Assembly (NCBI RefSeq): GCF_963921235.1
Contig: NC_086118.1
Span: forward strand, 24,802,001-24,866,000
Direction of reading: 5' to 3'
Length of the DNA stretch: 64,000 nucleotides
Source of the DNA: Mobula hypostoma
Taxonomy: Eukaryota
Part shown: positions 11,699-24,978 of the stretch, piece after piece
How positions within the stretch are numbered: position 1 is the first letter of the stretch
Layout: every line of letters begins with the position of its first letter
The notes under the pieces: model-generated
What the model was told of the DNA's origin: nothing
Seen by the model: the letters and a program-made list of their open reading frames with translations, nothing else
Database searches by the model: none
Translations under genes and position numbers: made by a program

Positions 11699-14600
11699 TT
11701 TTCTTTCTTTTTAAATCTTTTTATTAGTTTTTCAGAATTATAAACTCAATAACAAAGTTGGTACAAAGAGATTGGAAAAATGTTCATCAGCATATATAAA
11801 ATAAATTTTAAATAACATAGAAATAAAAGACTTCCAAACTCATAATGAGATTAAACATTAACAAAGAAATAAAAAGAAAAAAATATATATAAACAAAAAA
11901 ACCCCAAAAGAAAAAGAGGAAAAAAAAACCCCCAAAAAAGGCAAAACAGGGCTAGACCAACAGCTTGTATCAGACACGATCAATAATGTCGTTAACTCCG
12001 CTTCTCTCATCATATAATTTTAGAAAAAAGATTTGGAGAGGTCAGATTACATCATATGAAAATGTTGCATAAAAGGTTTCCAAGTATCTTCAAATTTAAC
12101 CAAAGTGTCAAAAATATCACTTCTAATTTTTTCTAAATTTAAACTTAATATGGTTTGAGAAAACCATTGGAATATAGTTGGAGGATTAGTTTCCTTCCAG
12201 TTCAACAAAATAGATCTTCTCGCCGTTAAAGTAACAAAAGCTATCATTCGAGAGGCTGAAGAAGACAAAGATCTATGTTCTACCATTGGCAATCCAAAGA
12301 TTGCCGTAATAGGATGGGGTTTTAAATCAAAGCATAGAACTGTTGAAATAATATCAAAAATGTCTTTCCAATATTTTTCCAAAAGAGGACAGGACCAAGA
12401 CATATGAGTTAAAGAAGTCACTTCAGAGTGACATCTATCACAAGTAGGGTTTATATGGGAATAAAAACGAGCTAGTTTATCTTTGGACATATGAGCTCTG
12501 TGTACTACTTTAAATTGTATTAAAGTATGTTTAGCTTATATAGAAGAAGTACTAACTAATTGAAAAAATTTATCCCATTTCTCTATAGGTAGGGAAAGTT
12601 GAAGTTTCCTTTCTCATCCATTTTTAATTTTATCAGATATATCTGGCTGTAATTTCATAATTATATCATAAATTATTGCTATTAATCCCTTCTGCAAAGG
12701 ATTAAAACCTAAAATTTTATCAAAAATGCCAGAAGGATTTGAAGTCGGAAAGGTAGGCAACTTAGTACTTAAAAAATTTCTTATTTGTAAGTATCTAAAA
12801 AAATGGGATCTAGGCAAATCAAATTTCTCAGATAACTGCTCAAAAGACATAAAGCAGTTATCCAAAAATAGATCATGAAAACATATTATACCTTTCATTT
12901 TCCATATCAAAAAGGCTTGGTCCATTACCAAGGGTTGGAAAAAGAAATTAGATATAATAGGGCTTGATAACATAAATTCATTCAGGCCAAAAAATTTACA
13001 AAATTGAAACCATATTCGCAATGTATGTTTAACTATAGGGTTGAAAATGTGTTTATTCAATTTAGGTAGTGCAAAAGGCAGTGAAGTTCCTAAAATGGAA
13101 GCTAAAGAAAACGGTTGTACAGAATGGCTTTCAAGGTTTACCCAATGTGGGCTTGGAGTTATATTCCAATCTTGTGTCCAAAATATTAAGAACCGGATAT
13201 TAATTGCCCAGTGGTAAAATCTTAGGACAGGCAATGCCAAACCACCCTCTTTCTTAGATTTCTGTAAGTATTTTTTACTTAATCTGGGATTTCTATTTTG
13301 CCATATATAAGAAGAAATTTTAGAGTCAATAATATCAAAAAAAGATTTAAGAATGAAAATTGGTATCACTTGAAATAAATATAAAAATTTGGGTAAAATA
13401 ATCATTTTAAAAGCATTAATATGGCCAATCAACGATAGAGACAAAGGGGACCATTTAGTAATCAGTTGTTTAACCTGATTAATTAATGGTAAAAGGTTGA
13501 AATTGAATAGATCCTTATGTCTCTTAGTAATTTTAACTCCCAAATAAGTAAAATAATCAGTAATCACTCTAAATGGAGAGTTTCTATAAATGGGAACCTA
13601 CATATTTAATGGAAAGAGTTCACTCTTACTTAAGTTCAGTTTATAACCAGAAAAGCTACTAAACTGAGCAAGCAAAGTTAATACAGCCGGAATAGATTTT
13701 CCTGGATTAGAAATATATAATAGTAGATCATCTGCATATAGTGATAATTTATGAGTCTCATTTCCACAGGTAATACCAAATATATTAGGGGAGTCACGAA
13801 TGGCAATAGCTAGCGGTTCCAAGGCAATATCAAATAATAATGGACTAAGAGGGCAACCCTGCCTAGTACCACGGAATAAATGAAAAAAAGGGGATCTCTG
13901 ATTGTTAGTAAATACCGAGGCCAAAGGGGTAAAATATATCAGTTTAATCCAGGAAATGAATATCGGACTAAAATTAAATTTCTCAAGGGTATTGACTAAA
14001 TATATCCATTCGACTCTATCAAAAGCTTTTTCAGCATCCAATGAAATGACACATTCTGGAATTTTGGGTGAAGGCATATAAACAATATTCATTAATCTCC
14101 TAATATTAAAAAAAGAGTAACGGTTTTTAATAAATCCAGTTTGATCAGCAGAAATAATTTGGGGTAATACATTCTCCAATCTCGTTGCCAATATTTTAGA
14201 AAAAATCTTAGAATCGACATTCAGCAGAGATATAGGTCTATAAGATGCACATTCAGTAGGATCCCTATCTTTTATAAGAATTAGGGAAATAGAAGCTCAT
14301 TAGAAAGATTGTGGTAATTTACCTATTGAAACTGCATCCCTAAAAACACTACATAGCCAAGGAGTTAGTGTAGTTGAGAAAAATTTTTAAAATTCTACTG
14401 TAAATCCATCTGGACCAGGTGCTTTACCTGAGTTCATTGAAAAAATGGCATTCTTTATTTCCTCTACTGTAATAGGTACATCTAGTTTTGAACGTTCATT
14501 AGATGATAATTTTGGAATATTCAGTTTCTTAAAAAATTCATGCATTATAGTGGAGTCATCAGGAAATTCTGATTGATAAAGGGAGGTATAAAATTCTTGA

Positions 14601-15693
14601 AAGGATTTATTAATCTCGTCATGGTCAACTGTCAAAGTGCCATCTTGTTTACGAATCTTAAGAATCTGTCATTTAACCAAGGCCGATTTCAATTGATTAG
14701 CTAAAAGTTTCCCAGTTTTATCACCATGTATATAAAATTAACTCTTAGTTTTGATTAATTGACTTTCAATTGAAGATGATAATAAGAGATTATGTTCCAT
14801 TTGAAGTCCAACTCTCTGTTTATAAAGTTCTTGATTGGGAGCTATAGAATATTTCTTATCAACTTCTTTAATCTTGTCAACCAGTTTAAGTATTTCCTTA
14901 TTAGTTCACTTTTTTAGTCCAGCAGTGTATGAAATAACTTGTCCACGAATATATGCTTTAAAAGTATCCCAGAGGATCCCACTGGAAATATCATCCGTGA
15001 AATTCGTTGTAAAGAAAAACTTAATCCGTTCATCAATAAACCTAACGAAATCTGAATCTTGAAGCAAAGTGATATTAAATCTCCATTGTCTAGAATTAGT
15101 AGATATATCCGTTAAGTTAATAAATAATTTCAACGGTGCATGGTCAGAAACAGCAATAGAATCATATTCACAACCCGTAACAAAAGGAATTAATCGAGAG
15201 TCAATAAGAAAGTAGTCAATTCTTGAATAGTGCTGATGTATATGTGAAAAAAAGAGAACTCTTTGACATTCGGATGTAAGAATCTCCAAATTTCTGAGAT
15301 TCCAGAGTCGGTCATAAAAGAGTTAATAAGGGTAGCCGATTTATTCAGAAGTGCTTGATTAAACTTGGATCTATCTATCAAAGGATTTAAACAACAATTA
15401 TCAGCATATAGTCATTTAATTTGGGAAGAGATGTGAGGAGATTCTTAAAAAAATCAGGACAGTCAACATTTGAGGCATAAACATTGAGCATAGCAACCTT
15501 TTTGTTAAATAACAAGCCAGTAATCAACAAAAATCTGCCATTAGAGTCTGAAATCGTCTCATAGTGCATAAATGAAATTGACAAATCTATAAATATAGAA
15601 ACGCCTTTTACTTCAGCCTGTGAATTCGCATGATACTGTTGGTCCTTCCAGAATCTAAAGAAACGTTGATTATCCTCTTTCCGGACATGAGTT
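11699..15693 (-). mobile_element. L1-clade LINE, 5'-truncated in the endonuclease domain, decayed ORF2
   Basis: ORF fragments with EN (NVYASN, YSRIDY, SDHAP), RT (DQTGF, SLDAEKAFDRVEW, RGTRQGCPLSPLLF, YADD) and C-terminal CxxC..H..W.C; A-rich 3' UTR and AATAAA; perfect 11-bp TSD ccattaagttc at 11688-11698 and 15694-15704. Confidence 0.95.
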
Positions 15694-16126
15694 CCATTAA
15701 GTTCATCTGCCATTTCTTTGTCCCCCATTACTACCTCACCAGTATCATTTTCCAGTGGTCCAATATCAACTCTCACCTCCCTTTTACTCTTTATATAACT
15801 GAAAAAGATTCTATTATCCTGCTTTATATTATTGGCTAGTTTGACCTCATGGTCCATTTTTTCTCCTTCTTATAGCCTTTTCAGTTGCTTTTTGTTGCAT
15901 TTTTAAAGCTTCCCAAACAGCCAACTTCCCACTCACTTTTTCTACCTTATTTGCCCTTTCGTTGGTTTTTATGCAGTCCTAAACTTACTTTGTCGGCCAC
16001 GGTTGCTTACCCCTGCCATTTGAGAACTACTTCTTCTGCAGGACATATATATCCTGCACCTTGTGAACTATTCCCAGAAACCTCAACCACCTTTGCTCTT
16101 TTGTCATCCCTGCCAGAACCCTACTC

Positions 16127-16323
16127 CAGGGTCCCCAACCTTTTTTTGCACTGCGGACTGGTATAATATTGACGATGTTCTTGCAGACCGGCTGATGGGG
16201 GGGGAGGGGGGAGGGTGGGTAGGTGTTCAAGTTCAATAGTGCATGACAGGGAATGAGGAAAGGTGCAGCTGACTCATATCATTTCATATTGTTTCCTCGC
16301 GGCCCGGTGGTTGGGGGCCATTG
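16127..16323. mobile_element. hAT (Charlie-like) MITE
   Basis: TIRs cagggtccccaacc / ggttgggggccattg; perfect 8-bp TSD ccctactc (16119-16126, 16324-16331). Confidence 0.85.
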
Positions 16324-17373
16324 CCCTACTCCACTCCACCTAGGCAAGCTCCTCACTCATGCCTCTATAATTCCCTTTATTCCATTGCAACTTGTGCTTC
16401 TCCTCTCATATTTGCAGTATGAACTCAATCATATTATGATCACTGTCTCCTAAGGGTTCCTTTATGTTAAGATACCTAGTAAGATCTGGGTTGCTTACAC
16501 AACATCCAACCAATGAAAGCCTTTCCCCAAGCAGGCTCAAGCACAAGCTGATCTGCGAAGCCATCTTGTAGACATTCAACAAATTCCCTCTCTTGTGATC
16601 TGACACCAACCTGATGTTCCCAATCCCCGTGCATGTTGAAGTCCCCCATTACAATTCCTAGCTCCCTTCGCAATCTCAACCCCACATCTTGGCTACCATT
16701 TGGAGACCTATATAAGATTTCCATAATGGTTTTTTTCACTCTTGTGGTGTCTTAACTCCACCCACAAAGATTCGACACTCTCTGATCCTATGTCACCTCT
16801 TTCTAAAGACGTAATTCCACCTCTTGCCAACAGAGCCACACCACTGCCTCTGTCTTTCTGCCTGTCCTTTCATCACAAAATAGATCCTTTGATGTTAAGC
16901 TCCCAACTATGGCCTTCTTTCAGCCACGATTCAGTGAACCCACAATGCCATACTGACTAATCTCTAATTGTGGCACTAGTAGATCCAACTTATTCCGAAT
17001 GCTACACACATTTAAATACAGCATCTTCAATCCTGCATTCTTCGCCCTTTTGAATTTTGCCTCTGTGGTACAATTTAACTCTTTGCTCGATCTGCACTTG
17101 TCCTCAGTCATTGGCTTGTCCTTCCTTACATTCACGTTACACCCGTCATCTTCTTGTACACCTGCTGGCTCATCCTCAGCTCTATCATACTGGTTCCCAT
17201 CCCCCTGCCATATTAGTTTATCATGTATGAGTGTAATCTGGAGCCAAATTTGAAGAATCCCAAGCCCAACAATATAGCAACATGAGAAAATCAGCAGATG
17301 CTGGAAATTTAAGCAACACACACAAAATGCTGGTGGAATGCAGCAGGCCGGGCAGCATCTATAGGAAGAAGTA

Positions 17374-17411
17374 CAGTCGACGTTTCAGGTCGAGATCCTT
17401 CGTCAGGACTA
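17374..17411 (-). ncRNA. Minimal type I hammerhead ribozyme (PLE)
   Basis: Minus strand: tagtc CTGACGA aggatctcgacct GAAACGTC gactg; core intact, helix II weakened. Confidence 0.7.
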
Positions 17412-17878
17412 ACAGGAAAAAGAGATTTTAAAGTGGGAGGGGGAGGGGAGACCCAAAATGATAGGAGAAGACAGGAGGGGGAGGGATGAAGCCAAGAGCT
17501 GGGAAGTTGATTGGCAAAAGGGATACAATGCTGGAGAAGGGGGAGTATCATGGGACAGAAAGCCTCCGAAGATTCCATTAATGCCTCTCCTCCCCTTCTT
17601 ACCCCACCCCTAATTATTTATTTATTTATTTATTTTCTCTCTTTCCGTCTCACAATAACTCCTTGCCTGTTCTCTATCTTCCTCTGGTGCTCCCCTCCCC
17701 CTTTCTTTCTTCCGAGGCCTTGCGTCCCATGATACTCCCCCTTCTCCAGCCTTGTATCCTTTTGCCAATCAACTTCCCAGCTCTTGGCTCCATCCCTCCC
17801 CCTCCTGTCTTCCCCTATCATTTCGAGTCTCTCCGTCCCCTTCCCACTTTCAATTCTCTTACTATCTCTTTTTTCCGT

Positions 17879-17916
17879 TAGTCCTGACGAAGGGTCCCGA
17901 CCCGAAACGTCGACTG
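17879..17916 (+). ncRNA. Minimal type I hammerhead ribozyme (PLE)
   Basis: tagtc CTGACGA a GGGT-cccg-ACCC GAAACGTC gactg; helix I tagtc/gactg; predicted cleavage after GUC at 17911. Confidence 0.8.
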
Positions 17917-18653
17917 TACTTCTTCCTATAGATGCTGCCTGGCCTGCTGCGTTCACCAGCATTTTGTGTGTGTTCTCAGCGATTTAGACTATCTTTCAGA
18001 TCTATCAAAAGTATCTCATTCTTGGTGATGTTTCTGTCCTTTCAGTTTTAATCAATGAGGCAAGCTATCTGTCATTCAGCAGCATTCTGAAGCTCTGTGG
18101 ATTGCCTAGCTTGGTCACAAAATATTACCTCAGTTTGAAATTCTCATCAGATATGTCACCTATGGGGAGGGGATGTGGGTGGAACTCAATCCTAAGAAAT
18201 CTACCACATCAAAGATTTTGTCAGTGTGAACAAGCAAAGTTTTCAACCATGTCCAATGAATCAGTATAAGATGTACATCTAACGTTCTTTAACATCCCCC
18301 AGTCTCTGTACTCTCTTTGTGCTGTTTATTGAAAATAAGATGGAAAGCCATCTTGTGTTTGTAAAAGTAAACACGTCAGTGTATTTATCAAGTCTCCCTT
18401 GATTTTTGACGTAAGTAACTGTCAGTGTAAAGTATTAATACCTAATTCAGAATAATGAGAACAATATTCCCCTTATTCAAAATATTGCCATTAAATGAAT
18501 ACTCCAAGGAATTTGGACCATCCCATGGAGTTTATTAGATTTGAAGTTGTTGAATAGATTACCTTCGCAATGTTTTTCAATAAAAAGATGATGTGATGGC
18601 ACTGTGTAAGATAACCATTTCATCAATAGGGTTTTTCCAAATATCATGTAGAT

Positions 18654-18733
18654 CAGGGATTTCCAACCTGGAGACCATCGGCCTCTCAGTTAATGGTAGG
18701 GGTCCATAGCATAAAAAAGGTTAGGAACCCCTG
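18654..18733. mobile_element. 80-bp hAT (Charlie-like) MITE
   Basis: TIRs cagggatttccaacc / ggttaggaacccctg; 8-bp TSD atgtagat / atgtagag. Confidence 0.8.
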
Positions 18734-18969
18734 ATGTAGAGTGAATTTGACAATATTATGAGTTATAGCTCAGCTGTAAATGTACCAAAATCAAATTTTT
18801 CAGCTGAACATTGGATTCAATCTAACTGCATTTCCAAAATTAATGTGTTATTCTCAGAAAACCTCTATGCTTTAGCTTGAAAAATGTAATTTTCACTAAA
18901 ATTACCAAAGGAGGCATAAATAAAAGAAAAACATTAACATTTCACACAGTTATTATATGATTCACATAC

Positions 18970-19073
18970 TGCTGTTTGATGACTTTTATATTATAAGGAC
19001 CACAGTAGACATTTCTCTCCTCCATTTGTATCACATCAGTGTAGATGTCAGTGTATGCTGCTGTTAATCCAGT
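18970..19073 (-). CDS. FBXW10: FBXW10 exon E (linker)
   Basis: Acceptor tttacttttacag, donor CA|gtatgt; 104 nt, phase 0-2; TGLTAAYTDIYTDVIQMEERNVYCGPYNIKVIKQ (EERNV.CG.YN motif recalled from FBXW10). Confidence 0.9.
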
Positions 19074-20499
19074 CTGTAAAAGTAAATATATCAGCATATT
19101 TAACAATGTGCTGGGTATCAAATCATACTTGATTTTTGACATAGGTAACTGTCAATGTAAAGAATAATGCTATGATAAGAATCAGCTCTTTTAATCTAGC
19201 CAATGATGTAAAACTACGGAGATTAACAATTTATTGGAATTGGTAATGGATCAATAACAGTAATAATCATACATGTAGGATTTCTGGTAGAGAAAAATAT
19301 TACATAACTCTTCACAACAAAAGATCAAATGAATAATAACATTACAGTTATTGATGTCTTGTGCTAGTAAAACATGAAATCAAACAGATTTTTTAAAAGA
19401 AGATGAGACATGTTTATTGGTGAGAGAAAATTAGATTATAGAGGTGGCAAATGTCAATGTTTTCTGCAATGGTGAGTGTGGAATATCTGGAAGTCTTTTT
19501 ATGGTTCACAGGCAAGAAACTGAGCAGCTACTGACATTTCATTCCTTGACATAGGAAGCTGTGCTTTAACGTTGCTTACAATATTAATTATTTTGACTAA
19601 TAATTCTGGTACCAATTTTTTTTAAATATGGATTTATTTTCTGTAGCTTTATATTGTGTTTTCTAATGTTCAACTTTTTAAACTTAGTTCTATTAGTTGC
19701 TCCCTATTAAGAAGCCCCATTCATGATCCCACTGTTCAAGCAAGAACATTGACTATAAATTTCTTCCAAATGTGCACATCAACTGTTGGGAGCTATATTG
19801 GAGCAGACTTGATTGATTTCCTGAATGCGCTACAGTAGTTACTATCTACAGTGTTGGAGTTCATTGCATGTAAAATGGATGATAAAATCATTGTGCAATG
19901 AATATAAGAAAAAAAAAACTTTTTTAAGCCATTTGCTCAGTCACATTTTGTATGTGTTTGCATATTGATTATCTCTCGGCTAGCTGTTGTCAAGTCCAAG
20001 AAGAGCATGACCTCGAATTTTTACCAGTGCTGAAAACTGTGCCGGTTTGTTCCGCTGCTGCTCACACTAGAAATCTGCTTCCACACCTCACACAGCACCA
20101 GCTGTGGTGTTTCATGGATTAGTACACAATTATATGCAGTAATTTCAGGAAATTTAGCACCAGCTGAATGCACCAGACACTGACTGAAGTCATATCTTCA
20201 CCTCTTAAAAGGGAGATGCTCATTTCATCCAGATATTACTTGAAAACATTGCAGAATTTGGGGATCATTCAGGCACGCCAGAGCTCTGCCCTGTCAGTAA
20301 AGTTGCAGGTACAGCAGGGACCTCAGTGAGAACTCCACATCCAGGTTCCATTCTGTCTTCCTCTAGTTTTTTTGAAGCATGCAGAAAAATCCTGAGGCAG
20401 TGAGAGCTGTCTAGTGAACTATCATGTTTAAAAGTATTTAAATCAAGCACTGCATCAGCTACCCTTCTCGTACAAAGTTATTAGAAACGGGTAGCTGAT

Positions 20500-21464
20500 G
20501 ATAATCAGTAGCACCAGAGATCCCAACACACAAAGACCACCGTTAGGAATGCCTATACCCGGACTGCAGTTTGGTAAATTGGATCTCTTGGCTGTCCATC
20601 TCCTACCTGCATACAGGCAGAGACTAAAGACCAAAGCTCCAGAGATTAGGACAACAAAGAGGTGGTCACAAGAGGCAGAGGAGCAGCTATGGGATTGATT
20701 TAAATCAGTGGACTGGGCCACGTTCAGGACTCATCCCTGGATTTGAATGAATACACCATGGTTGTCACGGACTTCATTAAAAGACTTCATTAGATGAGTG
20801 TGTCCCCACAAAATCATTCAGTATTCCCCAATCGGAAGCCCGAGATGAACCATAAGGTCTGCAATCTGCTGAGGGCCAGATCAGAGGTTTTCAAGTCTGG
20901 TGACCAAGAAAGTTCAAAGAGGTCCAGGTACAGTCTCCAGAAAGCCATCTCACAGCTGAAGAGGCAATTCAGGCTAAACCTGAATCAATGAAGGATGCTC
21001 AACAGTTGTGGCAGGGCTTGAATACTATCACCCCTTATAAAATTTAATCAAGTGATTAAACAGGGCTGCACTTCTAGATGAGCTCAATGCCTTCTATGCT
21101 CATTTTGACCATCAAAACATGAAGGAACCATCACAAGCTCCCACAGCCCCAGACAATGCTGTAATTTCAGTCTCTGAGGCTAACATGTGAGCAGTCTTCA
21201 GGAGGGTGAACCCACGAAAAGCAACCAGCCCAGATGGAGTATCTGGCAGAGCAGAGTATTTTGCTTTTTTTTCTTTTTGTATTTGCACAGTTTTTGTCCT
21301 TTTGTACACTGGTTGAATGCCCAAGTTGGAGCAGTATTTCATTGATTCTATTATACTTATTATTCTAGTACAGATTTATTGAGTCCACCCACAAGAAAAT
21401 GAATCTCAGGGTTGTATATAGTGACATATATGTATTTTGATAATAAATTTATTTTGAACTTTGA
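20500..21464 (+). mobile_element. Rex/Babar-like LINE, internally deleted and decayed
   Basis: QFGKLDLLAVHLLPAYRQRLK and RKATSPDG motifs; 3' end aatctcagggttgtatat...aataaa...gaactttga. Confidence 0.7.
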
Positions 21465-21573
21465 CATCTAATATATTGCTCCCAAGTGCATGGCAAGTGC
21501 CAAGAGACTTTTTTTTTCTTTCATAGAGTTTATGATCTCCTTATGAATTAGTTAGACTATAGGCATACAAAAT

Positions 21574-21725
21574 GTCAGCCAGTGGTATAGTGGCATCAGC
21601 ATCAGACTTCGAGGTGAATGGTACTGAGTTCACGCTCTTTGCATGCTTTCCATCTGTGCTGGTTAAGCATTGAGCTAGCAACTCATCCTCGTAAAAAACA
21701 GTCAAATGCTACAGAAACGGGAAAA
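21574..21725 (+). mobile_element. tRNA-headed SINE-like remnant with RTE-like segment
   Basis: gccagtggtatagtggcatcagcatcagacttc...gagttc head; gagctagcaactcatcctcgtaaaaa segment. Confidence 0.45.
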
Positions 21726-22649
21726 AGGAACAACAATATGAACATGATAATTAGAAGCTTTACACCTTTAAAGGATACCCAAAATACTTGGTTTGAAAGA
21801 TATGTTAAACTTGTGAAACTGAATGTATGGAGGTGAGTCCAGCAAAACAGCTAGAAATGATTTGACCCCCATTATCCCCAACTTTCCAATGCACAGGAGT
21901 ATTCATCACAAAAGATTAGAGTGGTCAGAAACTTTGCAGGGAGGGGTGAAATCACAGCTTCAGTTGTAAAACGAGCAGCATGTCCAGATACTGTAAACCC
22001 ACTGAGTTCTGCTTACAATATTTATTGCTGGGAGTTCTCTCAATTTTTCAAAGCCATTAAAATTGCTACAGAAATGGAAATTGTTGTAGCTCTGCCTGTT
22101 GCTTAGAGGATCTCCATGTTGGCCAAATGGAAAAGCAATCAGGTGTATAGAGACAGGAACAAGCATCCCATTTCTCACATGGTCCTTCAGAATTATTATT
22201 CAATTACTGAAAATGTGGAGACTAGAAGAAAGGTCTGAAACTTGTTTCTTCTTCATCGCCGTTCCTCACCTTTGAAATGAGTAGGAAGCATTAAACCTAA
22301 CCAAGGTCAACAGGCAGTGAAGTCGGCACTCTGTATCTGGAGACGAAATAGGATTGTGAAATTGCCTTTGAGCACCTCTCAAGTACTTTGACGATGCCAC
22401 ATCTGCATAGACTTGTGAACTTCCTAATTCAGGTCCTATGTGGAAATGCCAGCATTTCTATGAAAATTCTGGACCAATTATTATCCAGATCATGCCTCGG
22501 TTTTGAATCTAATAGTAAATCATTGCTTTGACTTGCCACTAGATGGTGACCTTTTTGCATGGATTGGAACTATATATCCAATCATTAAAGACAGATTGGT
22601 TACATGTAGATTAAGGGGAATACATAGTCTGTTAGTTTTCCAACCTCCA

Positions 22650-23080
22650 AAAGAACCACAACCTTGTCGTGGTTTGTAGGCTTGCGTGCCTCAATGACCA
22701 GAGAGCTACGTTGGCTGGAGTCCGGGCTTTATGCTTTGCCTCTTGATAGGGTCACACCCATGCCAAATATGTCAAAGGGTAGAGGCCAGACTAAGAGTGG
22801 TGCACTGGTCCTCCAGGTTCAGGGGTTCGGTTCAGGGGTTCAGCTCAGGGCTAACAACCCTGACTGGTAAAACAAATTTGTTAGGGAAACAGCAATGAAG
22901 AATCCTTCTACATCTGAGTGGGACAGTATTCCTGCGTCTCCATTCAGGACTTGCATAACTGCCAGTAGTGAAAATTAAGAGGAAGCAACTGAGAAGATGA
23001 AGGAAGCCCTGAACACCACTTGAGATGGAGGACATTCATTGTTGCCCTAAATACCAGTGGCGTAATGGGTAGTAGGTAAG
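22650..23080 (+). mobile_element. RTE-clade non-autonomous element
   Basis: ccacaaccttgtcgtggtt...gggtcacacccatgcc...gggctaacaaccctgactggtaaaa 5' motif and ttgttgccctaaataccag...aggtaag 3' end, typical of RTE derivatives. Confidence 0.55.
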
Positions 23081-23294
23081 TCATTTTCCAAGCTGATTGT
23101 AATGTTTGATGCATTGAAATGGAAAGAACGAAAAATGATTAGATTAAAATGCAACTTTATTAATGAATGATTTTATGATATTCATTGAAATAGATTTTTG
23201 ATATCTTAAAAAATGTATATTATTCCCTGTTATCAGATGGACTGTGAATTAAATGTATGGTTACTTAAAACATTTAAGCTACTTTCTCTTAAAT

Positions 23295-23928
23295 GGGAGG
23301 GGGGAGAAGATGGCGGCGCACCTGTGTGTGCGCAGCCCTCCAGTGAAAAGTGATATTGTATCTGTTAAATAGGGGCTGTGGACAATTCTAATTTCATGGA
23401 GAATGGACATGAAAGCACAGAGGAACATCTGGAGAAATTTCTGAAATGCTCGTTCGCTGCTGTCGTTACTATGTGGTCGGGAATCTTTCGGAGGGTAGGC
23501 CTCAAATCCCCGGCTTTGCCTGCTTTTGGCGACCGAGAAGGAGGTCGAATCGTTCGGACGGAGATGGCGCTCAGTACTCGGTGTCAGAGAGCTGATCAGA
23601 GCTCGAAGTTTTCAGATGACTCAGAGTCGGATTGTGGTCAGCATGGCAGGGAGAGTTTTTCTTCCTTCTCCCGTCTGCGTGAGATGTGGGACATTTGAGA
23701 GACTTTGAACTTTACTGTGCTCGTGGACTTCTTCATCAAGGTATGGTATTTTTGCACTGTTGTAACTATATGTTATAATTATGTGGTTTTGTCAGTTTTT
23801 TCAGTCTTGGTCTGTCCTGTGTTTTGTGATATCACACCGGAGGAAATAATGTATCATTTCTTAATGCATGCATTACTAGATGACAATAAAAGCGGACTAC
23901 GTGTCTTCATAATCTAAATAATCTAAAT
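23295..23928 (+). mobile_element. Non-autonomous retroelement with GC-rich head and (AATCT)-type tail
   Basis: Begins gggagggggagaagatggcggcg, CpG-rich body (suggests young age), ends gacaataaa...ataatctaaataatctaa. Confidence 0.6.
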
Positions 23929-24978
23929 GCTTCTCCAATTCCCTCCTGTAAACACTGACAAAGTTTTGTGTCTACTATTCCGAATAGAGTTCCAGATCAT
24001 TACCACTCTGTATTGAGAGTTTCCTTACTTTCCATTTGCATGGTTTGTCCTTCATTTTATATCTCCATCCCCTGCTTCTAAACTCATCAGATTCTCTATT
24101 TATCCTATCTAGTAATGTCATGTACACCTCTAACCAACCTCATTCTTCTCTGCTCGGTCAGATACCCAAGAACAGGATAGGCAATATGAAGAAGCATCAG
24201 CTCGAGCCAACAGCTCCGACATAGACAGTCCATAATTTGGGTTAGTTTAGAATCAGAATCTATATGCGGACTCCTAAACATGAGTGACTTGCAACCAGAG
24301 AAGTTCACAACTTTTATCATCTCACTGGAGGACTTGGATCAGCACTTAAGTGGGAGAAGTCTGCAATGAAATCCTTGGGACATTGACAGGGCCTGTCAGA
24401 GAGCCTGTGTTTAATAGTGGGGATCTGGGAAGTATCCAACACCAATTTTGGATTGAACATCCAGATCTTACAACATGGAAGGATAGGAAACTCCATTAGC
24501 ACATTAGCAATCCAGCATCCAATGGACAATATCTCATTCCAATGTAACACAAACATCAATCACCCAGTACCTAATGACTACAGCAGAAGCTCAGAGACTC
24601 GCAGAATCTGAGATTACTGCCATCATAGTTTTGGCTACTAGGATTCAATATTTGGCAGATTATTCCAGCAGTCCAGGACACAAATAATGGGAGAGCAGTG
24701 ATTAATTTAGCAGTCAAGTCATTCAGAATCCTGGACTAATCAAGGTTGGACAAACATCCAATATGCAAAAGAAGGCAAACAGTGCAAATACAAAAAGAAG
24801 TCTTACAGATATCCCTGAAATAAATAAAATTTCAAAGATTTTCCTGTCGGTAAAATTTTCTCTTCATTTTGTGGCTCTAGATTCTCCCAGAAAAGGAAAC
24901 ATCCTCCCAGTGTCCACTCATAAACTCATATATTTACAATATAAATACACAGACATGGTACTCTGTTTTTATACATAC

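Larger units (their letters stand above)
10014..17220 (-). mobile_element. CR1 LINE, near-complete decayed ORF2 and end of ORF1, split by an L1 and a hAT MITE
   Basis: 3' tail cataagaccataag at 10014; RT and C-terminal ORFs (LQQDLDRLEEW, KSPGPDRLHPRVLKE); endonuclease (MLYLNVCSIRNK, VMGDFN, LGDSDHNMI); ORF1 end LIWQGDGNQ. Confidence 0.9.
17278..17974. mobile_element. Penelope-like element terminal repeats in head-to-head inverted pair
   Basis: Minus arm about 17278-17566 and plus arm about 17570-17974 are reverse complements over roughly 250 nt; each carries a hammerhead. No TSD found. Confidence 0.85.

Noticed and set aside
17309..17987. Repeated peptide SPDEGSRPETSTVLLPIDAA in several ORFs (also 48857-49312, 49964-50230)
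   Set aside because: It is the incidental translation of the hammerhead and terminal repeat, not a protein motif.
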